From positions 310,001 to 374,000 of the forward strand of contig NW_020844174.1 of assembly GCF_003704095.1 (NCBI RefSeq): DNA of 64,000 nt, written 5' to 3'. The stretch's first letter is position 1, and each line of letters begins with the position of its first letter. The position numbers and the translations under genes are program-made. Below the pieces are notes generated by a model. It saw only the letters and a list, made by a program, of their open reading frames with translations. It searched no databases and was not told where the DNA came from. Source of the DNA: Pocillopora damicornis. Taxonomy: Eukaryota. Below, in pieces: positions 1-15,651 of the stretch.

Positions 1-66
1 TCACACTTTACTCAAAAGGGTTTGAACAACACATGCACCGAGGTTTACCACTTTGCAGTATACCTA

Positions 67-3876
<3,810 letters not shown>

Positions 3877-4003
3877 TGCTACTTTGACTAAAAATTTAAA
3901 AACATAAAACTATGGTGTGAAGTTCAACTAAAACTGGGGTAAAAATTCACAAAGTTCGACGCCATTCCCAGCATCAATAATGAGCTCATGGTGTACTCGC
4001 GCC

Positions 4004-4037
4004 TACTATTGGTGTGAAAATGCCGGTATCACGTGAC
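4004..4037 (-). promoter_or_regulatory. Putative S6K proximal promoter elements (CCAAT box and TCACGTGAC E-box)
   Basis: ATTGG at ~4008 and ATCACGTGAC at ~4028-4037, 130-160 bp upstream of the S6K ATG. Confidence 0.35.
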
Positions 4038-5024
4038 ATCCCGTGCACTCCACATGATCTGCAAGTACGTTTTCAATTCACATTCGCCTGAGTTCCAAGA
4101 AAATTTGAAAATTGAAACATCAGAGTTTCTTCATTTCTGCTTCTAGGAAATTAAATTCAAGGGAAACGTTCCAGCTTCCACATTTCGCCACCAAGTTTCA
4201 TGGCGATCACACTTCTACTTATGTTTTAACGATATTAGAGTAATATCTTGATTCAGTATCCAGTTTCAGTTCCAGTTGGAAATGGGAAATAAAAGGCATA
4301 AATCAGTTTTTATGGCGCTTGTTTTCCCCGATGACTATCAGTGCTAATTTTATTTCTTTTTTTACCAAGGTGAAACACTAATTAAACCATCATGGAGAGG
4401 GTAATGCAATGTAACATTCAGATATCATCTCTTGTATTTTTTTTTTAATGTTTTTAACTTTTCCATCCATTCACTGAAAGTTTATTACCAGAAAAGAGGA
4501 ATTTGTTATAGAGAAGATGACTTTTTAAGGTAAGATGTTGTGAATGGTTGGCCCTTTTCACTCTCAATATTGAAAAATTAAATATCACCTCTTCCCTTTG
4601 AAAACCATAAGCTAAGAACAACTTTGTCTCTAAGAATCTGACATTGGACTTCCTGGTCAATATTATCACACTTTTTTTCATTACCCTTCTGCTTAAATAT
4701 AAAAATTTTATAAAGAAATTCCTTTTGGCTATAACTGGGAATGAAAGAGTCAGTTACATATTTACTACACTAACTCTTTTATTGTTTTAACAATATTTAC
4801 AACACAACTTTCTTAATGTTAAAGTTTATATTACCAATAATTGCCTTCAAAATGTCAATCATAATCTGTTTTTTTCCAAAATAAACTGACCCAACTGTAG
4901 TATCACAACATTACACTGATATCTACATTTCACACATTTTACAGTTTGTTAGAAAAATTGGTCAATTTCAACATTTAACTCAATTAACAAATTGTAACCT
5001 ATACTACTTCTAAAACTTAGAACA

Positions 5025-5190
5025 GCACAAATGTTGTCATGTCTCTCTTCAGTAACAGATCACAAACGATGTAAAACATATGTCAACCACAAAAAAATGG
5101 CACCCGAGGTGCAGCCAATGTTCTTACCACATTTTGACATCATCTGTGACATATTTTTTTACAGAGGCATGGCAACAAAGAAACTATTTT
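5025..5190. mobile_element. Degenerate palindromic non-autonomous DNA element
   Basis: Imperfect inverted arms (tgttgtcatgtctct...gatcacaaacgatgtaaaacat vs cattttgacatcatctgtgac...agaggcatggcaaca). Confidence 0.4.
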
Positions 5191-5648
5191 GTTTTCATAT
5201 GATTAAAAAGGACAATACTGTTAATAGTGACTTCATCACTGCATCTCTCCTCCAATAATAGATACATCCTGGGTAAGAGCCAGTCAAGTGCATTTTAATT
5301 CAGCTGTTCATGTAGAAAATTCACATATGACATATTCTTGACCATTGGTCCTTAAAAAATGGTGGATTCTTCAAGCGAGACTTATCAATGCATTTCCTGC
5401 CTACACAAATTGCCTTATTACACTTATTGACTAAATACAAAATGTGTATTTCTAAGCTGAACTGAAACTTTGTTTTACACTTCATATTTCATCATAATAT
5501 TGTAACAACTGACAGAATTGGAAACAAAAAAAATAAATGCCCTTCTAAGCTAGTGACAAATGATTTGGGAATGAACATTTTTTCAGGAGAGAATCACAAG
5601 ATGATCAGTGGTAATTATAGTGCTTTATTCCCTCCTAAAGGATTTGAA

Positions 5649-5855
5649 TTAACCTTTTCACTCCCATGACCAAGAAAGAATTTCTCCTTACAATGTCTAT
5701 ATATTGAAAAGCAGACAAGTGATGAGAATAAAGAAAAATGTCATCAGAGAATTAGTAGTTGATCTAATACCAAATTTTCAAATCTAGCATCATAAAAATT
5801 GTATGGCAGACAGTATGGATAATTACTTTGGAGATCTTGGGAGTACAAGGGTTAA
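5649..5855. mobile_element. piggyBac-type MITE (~205 bp)
   Basis: TTAA|CCTTTTCACTCCCA...TGGGAGTACAAGGG|TTAA; internal sequence related to other copies in the window. Confidence 0.75.
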
Positions 5856-6663
5856 AGCAATTAAAAGCCATTCAGGAAATCCCTTACCTGAATGTGGTTA
5901 TTGTGGTAACTAAGATTGTTATCCTTGATTGGTAAAAATAATTTTCTATTTGTACAGCAGATAAAGCATTATCATTCAATATTTGAGTTTAATTTGCAGA
6001 TGCTCTGATACAAAAATTCCTCACTGTCACCGTAACTTCTCTTCTATTCAAAGCCCAACCACCTAGTCATCCCTACCACTTGTTAAATTCATCTATAAAC
6101 ACATGAACACAAATCAGACAAACACATCTCTCTCATACTTTTCATTACATCATAAGTTATGAATATGAGCTATTTACACTGGCTAACAATTATTAAATAC
6201 AAAATTAACTATGAAAAATATAACCTGTAATTCAAATTGAACATTCAAACATTTTTGGAATTATAGATATCAGTTATGCAATACCACTGTGCAAGTAGAG
6301 GCCCTTGAAAGATCAAACATCCTCTTCTCAGGTGACAATGATTTAACAAAGAAACAATTGAATATAAAAAAAAACACAAAGTATCAACCTTTGTCTCACA
6401 GGGAAGACACTTCCAATGTCAATCTCTGTTCTGAAGTGACTTCATCAGAACAAATAACCAATATTTTTTCATAATATTAACAGAAAAATCATTTACAGTT
6501 AGATCCAATCACTGATCAGAGAATACAAATGTACTCTGTTATGTAATTTATAAAGCACAATAATTTATTCTAATTATTCCTAAGTTCATCTGTTCACAGA
6601 AATGGTGTAACCATTCAACAAATATTGTTAGGGTTCTTTGATAACCAAGTCACATGTTTTAAG

Positions 6664-9181
6664 TCAAGTACACTTAGATGGCTTGTCATCTTTCTCATCT
6701 TGCTTGAGCTCCTTGGTAACAGAGATAACTGTGGCTTGAGCAGGTAAACTGTCATTAGATTGTGATGGCAAGGAACACAAACAAAATACTGATGAATAGG
6801 AGTGTAGAAAATGGCCATCTCTTTCATGTGAATGCAGATCCAGACCCAGTTCTCCATTTCCAAAGAAACCAACCACTGGAATACCAGGAAATACTTGTTG
6901 AAAAATTCCAGTCTCTACATTCTTGGCATGGTAAAATTCCTGACCTCGACCAATGCATGACACCATAAAACAAGCGGTATTTTTGTTGCAGGTGATGCCA
7001 CACTTCCTCAGCTCCTTTAGACTTTCCTGAACACCTTCTACTGTTTCTCCATGATGAACCATTGAAACAGCCTCAACATTTCCTGTAAATGCAAGTCCTA
7101 CGACACCTGCATTCTTCACTTCATTATCCACCATCACAAATGACTCAACAAGTCCTCCAATTATTACTACATCTGACTTATAATCTTCTTCACTGTTACA
7201 AACCTTGAGTCAAGAAAAAAGACACAGAACTATCATTTCTATCACTTCTTGATAATACCAAATACAAATAAGATATTGCATTTCAAAGATAGCCATTTTG
7301 TACACCAAAAAAGGTTTTTCTTCTTATTTACTTCAGTTGATAAAGATGCAATTCACACTTGCTGAAAACTGTATCTTGTCAGTAAATCTGCTCAACATCT
7401 TTGTTTCATTATATTTTAAAAATATAGACAAGTACTACATATAGTATGTAATTTTTTTCCTATGGATAACAAGCTAATGAAGAAAAAGAGCTCAACAGAA
7501 AGGCTAACCTGCCAAATTCCTGATGCTGTTTTTCCTATAACATCAAGATTATATGTGTCACCCTTGGCTAAAAGAAAAGCGCACTTGACTGTACCATCAG
7601 GGGGAAGTCTCAGAGATTTCTCCCAGCGAGATTTGAATGTTCTGTTATTCTTAACCTCTGTGGCACTCAAATTTATAACCTCTGCTGAAACACCTTCAAC
7701 TTGTGGCATGAGCAATAAAGCAACACCTTCAGCACTTTCCAACTCTTCTGCAAAACCACCCTCTGCTGTTCCAATAACTCCTGCTCCAACACTTCCAATA
7801 AGGGCACATGAGCGAGGTAAACATCCCTTTACAGTTGTTACTAAGGTTTTTATTTCATCTTTTTTTCCTTCTTGAAGGTGAACCCTACATCTGCTCAGTA
7901 AGACAATGCAGGCTGCAGGAACAATGGGTAGCTCATCCAAGAATTCAACAATTTTCTGTCCAAGCATTTCCATTGAGAGCTAGAAAAAACAGTCTTGTCT
8001 TTGACTAATACATTTAAAAAGCTTTTGCAATACTAATCTGAGTCACATTCACAACTAAGTCATCAAAAAGGCAAAATAAACATACTGATGATGGCTAGCC
8101 CATCATATCATGAGTAAATTATAAAAGCAAACCAGGATAATAAAAACAAAACAAAAAAACTGTATGGATAGTTGGTAAATGCCACAAACAGAGTATAGTT
8201 TTAGGGGTTCTGAATCTAAACAAGGCATACAATTTCAATATAAAGAATCTTCAAGTCAACAATTTGCAACCCCAAATACATCCTTGAACTTGGTTGCTTG
8301 TTTAACAAATTTTATGTCACCATCAAGATTTTCTCTCCTCAATAGCCAACCCTTTCCCTTATCAATGACTACCCAGCCCCACCCCCCCAAATAACTTATC
8401 ACAGACCTTATTATTAATTAAAAATAATAATTAATAACTATGATGGTTTTCTTTCATATGCTCTCACCATTATGACCAATTATTTCCCTACAATAACAAG
8501 GAAAATGAACCGAAATGTACTTTTCACATTCAGAGTGCGTTGCTTAAAAAAGCAAAAAGGAATTGGTCGAAAGCAAAACTACGTAAAAAAAAAAACACAA
8601 AGAAATATTTTGAGTGCAGAAACGCAAATTAATTCCCATTCTTCTGGATTTAAAGACTCCCCTTCTCTGATGTACAAAAAAGGCCAATTGAAAGTAGGAT
8701 CACTGGTATATTCAGTGGTCGTTTTGAATGACAAAGCACCAATTGACGGAAAAAATAACCAACAGTTTCCTCAACAGGACTATTAAGTACGAAGACCGAG
8801 AAAGCTCTCCGGATCAGGTAAATTCTGAGACATTGAAGATGTTAATATTGTGTAGATATTTTGCTGATATAACAACATGCGTTGGGAACCGTTCACGGTA
8901 TAAAGAAGAAAGATTCCTTCATCAACAATGAATAAACGCCCGTCTATCCTTACCTTTGAGGTACAGGGAGCTACGTGAGGTTCATGGTGAGCCTCAAAAC
9001 TAAGCCATCCCAATTTTTGTCGTGAACGAAGAACTCGTCTAGCAGTGTCTCGCCACAAGCGACTAACTTGCGCGCAACTAAAAAGCGCTCTAGCCGGCAA
9101 GAAAGATAGAATTATCTCTACAACTTCGGCGAGAGACGAAACATGTTCCACTGAAGGCCTTCCACCCAACTTGGAGGCCAT
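6664..9181 (-). CDS. FBXO22: F-box only protein 22-like (F-box + FIST domains), 3 exons
   Basis: Exons 8954-9181, 7509-7979, 6664-7203. N-terminal F-box (LAEVVEIILSFLPARALFSCAQVSRLWR) and FIST-C signature (FMVSCIGRG...FPGIPVVGFFGNGELG). Confidence 0.88.
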
Positions 9182-10371
9182 TTCGACAGCAGAATAACAA
9201 CAGGAAATTTTACGAGCCCTGGTGCACGGGAAACTTGTTTACATCTACCAGGTGATGGGTTCATTCGGAAGACTGAGTACGAATTGGAAGTGAGTGAGGA
9301 CGAGGCGGGGGAGGAAGGGGATAGATTACGCATTAAATTTAAATTGAACGGGGGTGGGGGTGAGTGAAAACAAGATCAAACTCATGATAATTCGAGTTAA
9401 AAGTATGTGAAATTCATACAAATAATGCAACATGAATATTAGAAAACTGGGGTATGCTTAGTGTTCGCACTTCTTAAGAGATAGTTTGTCTTGCTACCCT
9501 GATTGAATGGGCAAAAATAAGACCTAAATCAATGTTTGAAAGGAAGATGGGCATGTAGGGTACATATTTATTGAAATAATGTGATGATTTGTCATGAAAT
9601 AGAACCTTACATGCCTTGGAATGTCTGCAAAATGCCAGTATAAGTCCCTCTGATGGGAAACCATCCTTGGTAGCTAAATATAAACCTCTGCCTCTTGCAC
9701 ATCTTGATATGTGCCAGTCACAGAGGTATTTTGTTAACATTCCTACATTAAACCTAATTAAAATAAACCTAGGGCAATTGCTGATCTTAGGGGGGAAAAT
9801 ATAGTTGACCCATCTTAGCAGCTCAAATGTGATAAAGAAAAAGGAAGAAAAGTACACCAGAATGGAGGAAGCTAAAATCATCTCATATCCAACAAGCACA
9901 AGTGGAATAATTATTTTATTAAAAACACCCTTAAATAAAGATAAATCTTCCCAACCTTATTTTGTAAGTAGGGTACAGCTACACATATACTACTCTGGGG
10001 CCTCCTTGTATTTCTTAACTTGATCACTAGAAATCTCACTCATGAAACAAACTGAGAAATAGGAGGCCAGTCAAAAGTTTGATCTGATAATAAAAACCTC
10101 ACTAAAACAAATTTTTCTTATAAATTCACATACCTCTGTCTTAAAGACTTAATAAATAAAATTGAATTATAAAATTGAATTCCCATCTGTTGAATCAATG
10201 TATTTCAATATTTAAAATAAGGTCAAAAATCTAGATGGACCTCATTAAAGACTAACTACTCCTTCATTAGTGGGTGAAGAACTTGAAAAACATAATCATA
10301 ATTGTTTATGTTGAGGTCTTGAACTCAGTTTTCAAGAACATAGGAAACTGTCAATTGTACACTTTCTTGAT

Positions 10372-10585
10372 TTAACCCTTTAACTCCCAAGATCTGATTG
10401 TTAATTCTCCCCTCTAGCTGCTACATATTTCCTTGTAAATTAGTTATGAGAATTTGTTATTAGATCAAGATAACAGCTTCTACCTAATAAGTTTGAATAT
10501 TCTCATTACCTGATTTTACAGGATAGTGTACAGATATTATAGGTAAATGTTACTTGTTAATCACTTCTGGGAGTTTAAAGGTTAA
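10372..10585. mobile_element. piggyBac-type MITE
   Basis: TTAA|CCCTTTAACTCCCAAGA...TCTGGGAGTTTAAAGG|TTAA. Confidence 0.8.
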
Positions 10586-10878
10586 TCAGGAATTACAAAT
10601 AGAAATTTACTCAATCATTCAATTTCAGCTAGTGTAACTGAGGTATCAATATTTAAACAATAAAAGATATCAAATAAACAAATCTTCTTTCCAATCTAAG
10701 ACTCAAAATTGCCATGATCATCTTGCAGGAAGCACAGAAAAAACTGCAAACTAAACAACAAAGATTTATTCAGTAAAAAGGCAGCTAAGCATATCAAGCT
10801 AAAATATTTCAATTCAAACTAATTTTAAATTTTTGGACATTTTTATCATAGTCGAAATATCACAAATTATAAATTGAC

Positions 10879-13800
10879 TTATTTCAAACTTCCTAGTAGG
10901 AAACCACTAAAATTCATAGTCATCTACAAAGAACAGAAAAATAACCGATTGAAAGTAGTACATCCAAACTGTCCCTTCATCAACTGAGTTGATAGTGAAC
11001 AATTTGCCACTGAAACAAGTTTCAGATCAATATCAGTATCTGGGCAACTGCCCACCTACCCCTCCCCTAACTCAACACTAACCTTAACTTGTTGTCAATT
11101 GACTGTTGTTGAGTTAGGAAAGGGGTAGGTGAGCAGTTGCCCAGATACTGATATTGATCCCAAGTTTCTAATGCTGATTTTTTGAGTATTGACCCTTTGT
11201 CAGAGCTAAAAGGGTTAACAAAGTATCTGCTATAGAAACTCTCTACAGTAGCCAATTCACATCATCAACTCAGTTGAGAAGGCCAAATTATCTTGCAATC
11301 ACCTAGGAAGCCTTCCTTTAACAATCACAATATCATTGTGTACCTTGTCTTTCAATTGTTGACACAATCTCAATGCTGCTCCAATGAGTAAAACAGAATC
11401 ACTGAGTCTTGGGATTGAACAATCAACCTTGTACAACAGGAATGCAAAAATGAGTAAAAAAATTATCAAAAGAATGACAATTGAAAATTTCATGGCCTAA
11501 CTTAGAAAATATATAAAACTGACAATGGCAATGTTTTTTTGTTGTTGTAAAATAGACAAGTTTACCATACCTCAAAGTGACTTGTGATTTCCATCCATTT
11601 GTTATTAAATTCACTGTTTATATGCAAAGAAAAAGATCATCAAATTTGATTAAATGTTCATACCTGATCACAATTGAGATAAGAGTTACAACATAACGCA
11701 GCCACCAAATAGCCAAATAGAAGGTTTATAACAAGACAAGACATAATGATGAGCATAACTGAAGTGTATCTGCCCTCATCCTGATTATTGTCATTCCCCT
11801 GAAGTACAGAGTACAAAATTCTAATGCACAATTCTACCAAAGAGGTATTCAACAATCACAAATCACATCAGCATGCTTGTCTGGATGAGCAATTTCTGAA
11901 AGGACTGTTCTAGGAACTCTGTGACCATCATTTCTACAACCGAAATTTCAGTGATGTTATCTATCAACACTCAACATTGATAAAGAGATAATGACTCCTA
12001 CTCAGGTTGCCAAAATATATAGCCAATGACCAACAAGAGCTTTTTTCAAGAAAACCCACACAAGGGGAGATCTCTTAGACAGCTGGAGAATTCACCAGCT
12101 ACTTAACATAATTCTCTGGCTTCATTTTGATGGTCTGAGCTATTTTTTTATTCAGAGGTGGAAAATATCCTCCTGTTATTTCACATTTTTCTCCTGCAAC
12201 TACATTCCTTAGCCCTTTAAACCCTAAGAGTGACCAGAATCTAATTTCTCCTTACAGTAATATCTCTGAGTCATTCAATAAGATCATGAGAATAAAGGAA
12301 ATGATTGCCAACTAAACAAGCTTTGATTGCTAAACAAATTCTCCTTGTCAGCACCAAAAGAAATGTCTGGAGAAGAGTAAGGAGAATATGGATACTGATG
12401 TCAGGGTGTACAGGGTTAATGAAAACCCTGCCTTCACTCCTGATGATCACACTATACAAAGTGAAAAAGTGCTTACAATGTTTGTCCAACAGGGTCATTC
12501 TCTTGAGGAGGCTTCTAAATGGGAGGTAAAAAAACAATAACATTAAAAATCAGTTAATATACAGTTTGTGATGCATGCACATGTTATCAAATTCTTGATA
12601 TGTAAACACACACAGTAATGTTTATTTAAAGAAACTTACTGAACTTTGAGGTGGAACAGGAAGCGTTGTTAAAGTGTAAATTGACAAGACAAGTTTGTCG
12701 CTATTAAGGCAGAAGTATGCTACCACATCATCTGGCAACCCAGGCTTGAACACTCTCTGAAAGAGAAGGAACAGTACTCAAAAAGTGATGCAAGCATACC
12801 ATTTAAAGCTAACTATTTATCATTAAAAATTAATAAATATTCAGGTGTACCTGGTCACCAGATGCCAACATATCTAAAACTGGTGTTTTGTCAGGCAAAG
12901 ATAGTCTGGTCTTTCCTTTTGTCAAGAGGCTTGTTATTTCTTCTACAACCTAATAAAAAATTATTAAATTTGAACAAAAACAAACTAAGTTGAATTGTCT
13001 GTAAACACAACTAAGACCCTTCCAACCAGGGAACAAAATGTCTTTTTGTTCAACATTATAAAATAAATATTTCAAAATCTCTTACCTTGCTGACTTCTTT
13101 TCCAGAAGAAAATTTACAGTTAGCTTTGGTTTCTTGAACCTTCTCAATAGCAAGTTGCAAGTAGTTTATAGCATCTTGAATCTACAAAAATGAAATATTA
13201 TTGACATTAATTAGTCACCAAATAAAACATGATCAAGTAAAATTAACTCCAGATGTTAAAACTGGGTTGGAAATAAGCAAAGTAAATGTAAAGAAAAGAG
13301 CTCTTTAAAATGAAAAAAAAGATATTTTCACCTGTTTTAATTTCCATGGCAGCCGCTCTCTAACAAACACACGGAAACCAGAGCTTGAGACTTTAGGAAG
13401 TTTAAATTTGAGGTCCTGCAAAAAATATTTGATGGCAGGATGATAACAGTCCTGAATCAGATTTCTCTTATACACAGTACATGTATAAAGGTTGGTGAAC
13501 TTCCTCTATATCAGCTCTCAGAGAACCTAGTTCTGATCCTTTAGATTACATTTAAGACTGTATCACTGAGTATTTCATAGCCAGATAAAAAAAAGCAACC
13601 TCAAAGAATAGGTATTAAGTAACTCACAGCTTTTGAAATGTTTTCACCTTCCACAGCAACATAACCTTTAAGGGCGTCACTGCTGTAATAAAAAAATTAA
13701 CCTGTCTGAGATTCATCAAATAAATTTTAAAAGATTTCAGCCCTTAATTAAATGTTTAATTTGAATATAAAAATTTAACAATAAGCCTTTGTCTCACTTG

Positions 13801-15510
13801 GGTGTGGAAAGCATAAAGTAATCTTGTGGCTTTATTTCTCCTAAAAATTTGACAAAAATAAGAGTATGTTTATTCAAAAAATAATTGAATAGACAAAAAA
13901 AGTATTTGGAAATTGAATAGATATTGAGAATAACCCCAAAAAAATGCATTTCATGTTCTTGTTCCTACCCTGTAATTCTCCTGTGGGTCCCTTTGATGGT
14001 ACACTTGTTAGTTTTAAACATTTTGAACATTCCTTCAATTCAAATAATTAAATGAAAATTTTAAAAATATATATTTGTTTCACTGTTCCTTAAATTCTTA
14101 ACTTTCACTAAAATTGTCTTAACCCTTTAACTCCCAGGAGCGATTTAAAACTAATTTCTCTCTGAAATATCCATACATAGTCCAGTAAACAGGTAATGAG
14201 AATACTTAAACTTATCAGGTAGAAGTTGTTACCTTGATCTAACATCAACTTCTTGTGACTTGCTTACAAGGAAACATGTAGCAGGTAGAGGGGAGAATTA
14301 ATAGTCAGATCTTGGGAGTTAAAGGGTTAAGCCCCTCAACAAACCCACCCTCTGTTCAGTAAGTAAACTAACAATTCTAGAAAATGAAGAAACAAATAAT
14401 TAAGATGTAATAGATAAACTATAGGTTTGACAAGATTGTAATTTCCCAGTGTGATGAAGGAGTCAAAGATATAACCAGCCACAGCCAGGTTCTCTCATTC
14501 TATTATCACTAAAGCTATGCTTAGCCATGCCATGTACAAGATACACCAGCCTAATGATATGCACGTTAGATTCCCAACTGAGATAGGTTGTGTCCTCGTG
14601 TACCGGTACACAAAGGAACGAAACATTAAAGAACTGCGTCACAACTCCATGTATGGATATGAAAACAATAGGAATTCTCCCTTGTACCAGTACACCAGGA
14701 CAGCCCCCTGAGATGTTTAGGTTCAAGACCCTGCTACATCATTGTGCTATGTTCAGAGGCAAGATACCTAACTTCCTCAGTGCCTCTCCGAACTGTGAGG
14801 GAGCCCTTAAAGATTCTGGGGGTGGAGCAGAGGGGGGAGGCAACCTATGAAAGCCCCACATCTCAGGAGGAGAAGAGATACTCTCAGTCGCACTGAGCTA
14901 CTTGGCCTCTAAGACTTGAGCTCAGCCATGCCATGAAGATAACCTTACCATATGCTTCTTTAATATGATATCATCTTGGCTTACGAGTTCTGACAGAGCT
15001 ATTTAAAGTCAAAGGTGCATGTACGATTCAGTTCATCATATTATCTGTTCTACAATTCCTCTTTCATCGTTTAAAGCTTGATGACAATGTGAATGTCAGT
15101 GGCTCTATATTCCGACGGTAGCTGTTCCATGTGTTATTAGCACACACAGACACACACGCACAAGGCAACATTTATCATCATTTATAGCTGATGAATATAC
15201 CTTTCACTTTATATTTTGATTAAATCCACCCCAAAAAGTTCTTTAGAGCATCTCTCTCTTAAACAAAATGACTACAAGGACTAGCAGGGGGTGTGTTAGA
15301 ATTTAAATTTACCTGTAAAATGTTTCCAAGTTGGATCAGCACCTTCGGTACATGTTCACGCAGCAACCACTCAAACTCCAACCTCTTTATCAAGAAAAGA
15401 CAAATGAATTTATCAAAAACCGTTTTAAATGCTCTCCTGCTTTCATTTTGATACACTTTCTGATTTCCTACCAAGACTTGCATATCTTCATCTTCCAGTA
15501 CATCCGCCAT
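10879..15510 (-). CDS. ROGDI: Protein rogdi homolog (RAVE/Rabconnectin-associated), 13 exons
   Basis: Exons 15472-15510, 15313-15384, 13969-14032, 13798-13840, 13628-13682, 13332-13415, 13086-13181, 12851-12949, 12640-12756, 12477-12514, 11571-11613, 11344-11427, 10879-10923 (last exon less certain). Peptides LEFEWLLREHV, PWKLKQIQDAINY, FKPGLPDDVV, VDCSIPRLSDS..LRLCQQLKDK match Rogdi. Confidence 0.9.
11024..11160. mobile_element. MITE with ~55-bp TIRs and 8-bp TSD
   Basis: (A/G)GATCAATATCAGTATCTGGGCAACTG... inverted at 11109-11160; TSD CAAGTTTC at 11016-11023 and 11161-11168. Confidence 0.85.
12209..12419. mobile_element. piggyBac-type MITE
   Basis: TTAG|CCCTTTAAACCCT...AGGGTGTACAGGG|TTAA; explains spurious ORFs 12271-12543 and 12305-12529. 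Confidence 0.7.
14119..14330. mobile_element. piggyBac-type MITE
   Basis: TTAA|CCCTTTAACTCCCAG...TTGGGAGTTAAAGGG|TTAA; same family as 10372-10585 in opposite orientation. Confidence 0.85.
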
Positions 15511-15651
15511 GTTGGTACATTATGATTACGATATTTGAAGTAGTGTAGTTCTTCCTATGACTGTTCTTTGAGCCCGCGGAACAATAACAGTGCTTCTCAG
15601 TCTCCTCTCAGATATATTCATTCATGTGCTGATGATATTTAAAAGGCTGAA
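15511..15651. promoter_or_regulatory. Compact bidirectional promoter ROGDI/B3GLCT
   Basis: Only 141 bp between the divergent start codons (15510 -, 15652 +). Confidence 0.65.

Noticed and set aside
7462-7875. Antisense ORFs over FBXO22 (likewise over H2B, SOUL and cGLR)
   Set aside because: Shadow frames of real coding exons
14450-14460. C/D-box snoRNA (GTGATGA)
   Set aside because: Antisense to the host gene, with no properly placed D box or terminal stem
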